The notes below the pieces were generated by a model that made no database searches, was not told the origin of the DNA, and worked only from the letters and a program-made list of their open reading frames with translations. Positions 62,983 to 64,000 of a stretch of 64,000 bases of DNA are shown in pieces. Position 1 is the stretch's first letter. Every line of letters starts with the position of its first letter. The position numbers and the translations under genes are program-made. The DNA is from Catajapyx aquilonaris (lineage: Eukaryota): contig KZ538121.1 of NCBI GenBank assembly GCA_000934665.2, forward strand, positions 1 to 64,000, read 5' to 3'.

Positions 62983-63268
62983 ACTGTCCGGCGGGCAGGT
63001 GGCTCTGCTGCTGGATGTGCGGGGATTGGAGGATCCGTCGAGTGGGCGGGGCCAGGGCGTCGGACGCCGACCACGACGCAGACGCCCCCACCGTCGACGA
63101 GCACATGTTGCCGACGCTGGACACTCCGCTGGACGCCGACCGTCGCATCCTTCTCACGTTCCAAAAATGCAACAACAATAGAGCAATACCCAGGGCAACA
63201 ATGGGAGCATTTGTATATTTCGGGGAATGGCAACACTGGGGGCTGGTGGCCACACTGCAAGCGGCCAT
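62983..63268 (-). CDS. CkIIbeta: Upstream CK2 beta exon; open and in frame with the canonical ATG (possible ~98-aa N-terminal extension, otherwise 5' UTR)
   Basis: Donor CAGT|GTAAGC at 62983 and acceptor TTTTGCAG|CCGACGACATG at 62875; AAGATGG start at 63268. Confidence 0.5.
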
Positions 63269-64000
63269 CTTGAATCCAGCAGGAAATTTTCTGTTTTTTT
63301 TTTTTTTTTTGTGTACAGTGTACAGAGTGTTTGCTACATAGCTGCCATTCCAACCAGTAATTTTGTATATTGTCCTCAGGTTTTTGTACTCTATGAATAA
63401 TAAATTGCCAATTGAAGCACACATGCTTCCTGGCTGCTTGGCGTAAAAGCATGATGACGAGGAACTTTTTTCTTGCTTAATGGAGAGGCCTAGAGATGCA
63501 TTTAGGAGAGGAGGGTCCTCCGCTATGCTGAGAAGGGTCACCACTGGTTGGTCACCTGGAGGAGGTCACCAGAAATTAATTTATAGCGGCAAACCCGTAT
63601 GTATAGTGTCAGAAAAATAAGAAGAAGCCTATAGCTACTTTTAGCAGATCATATTATGAACAAGTAATAAAGGGCATTAATGACCCCCTTATTAACCTTG
63701 AAACTGCGCATTTTCTCGACAGTGAGAAATTAATATGGGCAACATACGCAGTATAACTTGAGTGCTCGGATGCGAAGAAGAAGCAGCTGGCATGCTGGCT
63801 ATGCACACGCGTCTATTCGCGAATGATTCCTTTGAGGAGAGTATTATCATAATTTATGCCATGATCTCTCCACCACCTGTCTGGATACATAATTCGATCA
63901 TGGATTCGAACAATTCGAACACGTGACTTCATTATTTTCATGAGACATCATTATGTCTGGAATGAGATGCTGATGGGAACGGAACATACTAATTCGAGAT

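Overview
Eukaryotic, most likely arthropod, genomic DNA carrying three tandem minus-strand genes. (1) A ~56 kb spectraplakin gene (short stop/shot; dystonin/MACF1 family), CDS ~2732-58720, which I traced by hand through ~50 GT-AG exons: three alternative coding first exons, CH1-CH2 actin-binding domain, plakin/SH3 domain, a 9.3 kb plectin-repeat exon, spectrin rod, EF-hands, GAS2/GAR domain and an SxIP tail. A path using the distal first exon, the plectin-repeat exons, the linker and tail micro-exons and post-GAS2 exon A sums to 25,374 nt (in frame, ~8,450 aa; ~5,300 aa without the plectin-repeat exons). (2) A CEP89-like centriolar coiled-coil gene. (3) Casein kinase II beta. Introns and flanks hold Helitron and mariner relics, MITE-like palindromes, a tRNA-derived SINE and tandem repeats. 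The most interesting structure is invisible to the ORF track: frame-neutral micro-exon batteries (one SxIP motif per exon; duplicated Ser-Pro linker exons; 18-nt and 9-nt CH-domain micro-exons), mutually exclusive exons after GAS2, an intronic array of U1-like ACUUAC/GTAAGT hexamers, a phased four-CRE array, and an in-frame hydrophobic N-terminal extension of CK2 beta. All splice models are predictions from sequence; homologies are recalled, not searched.
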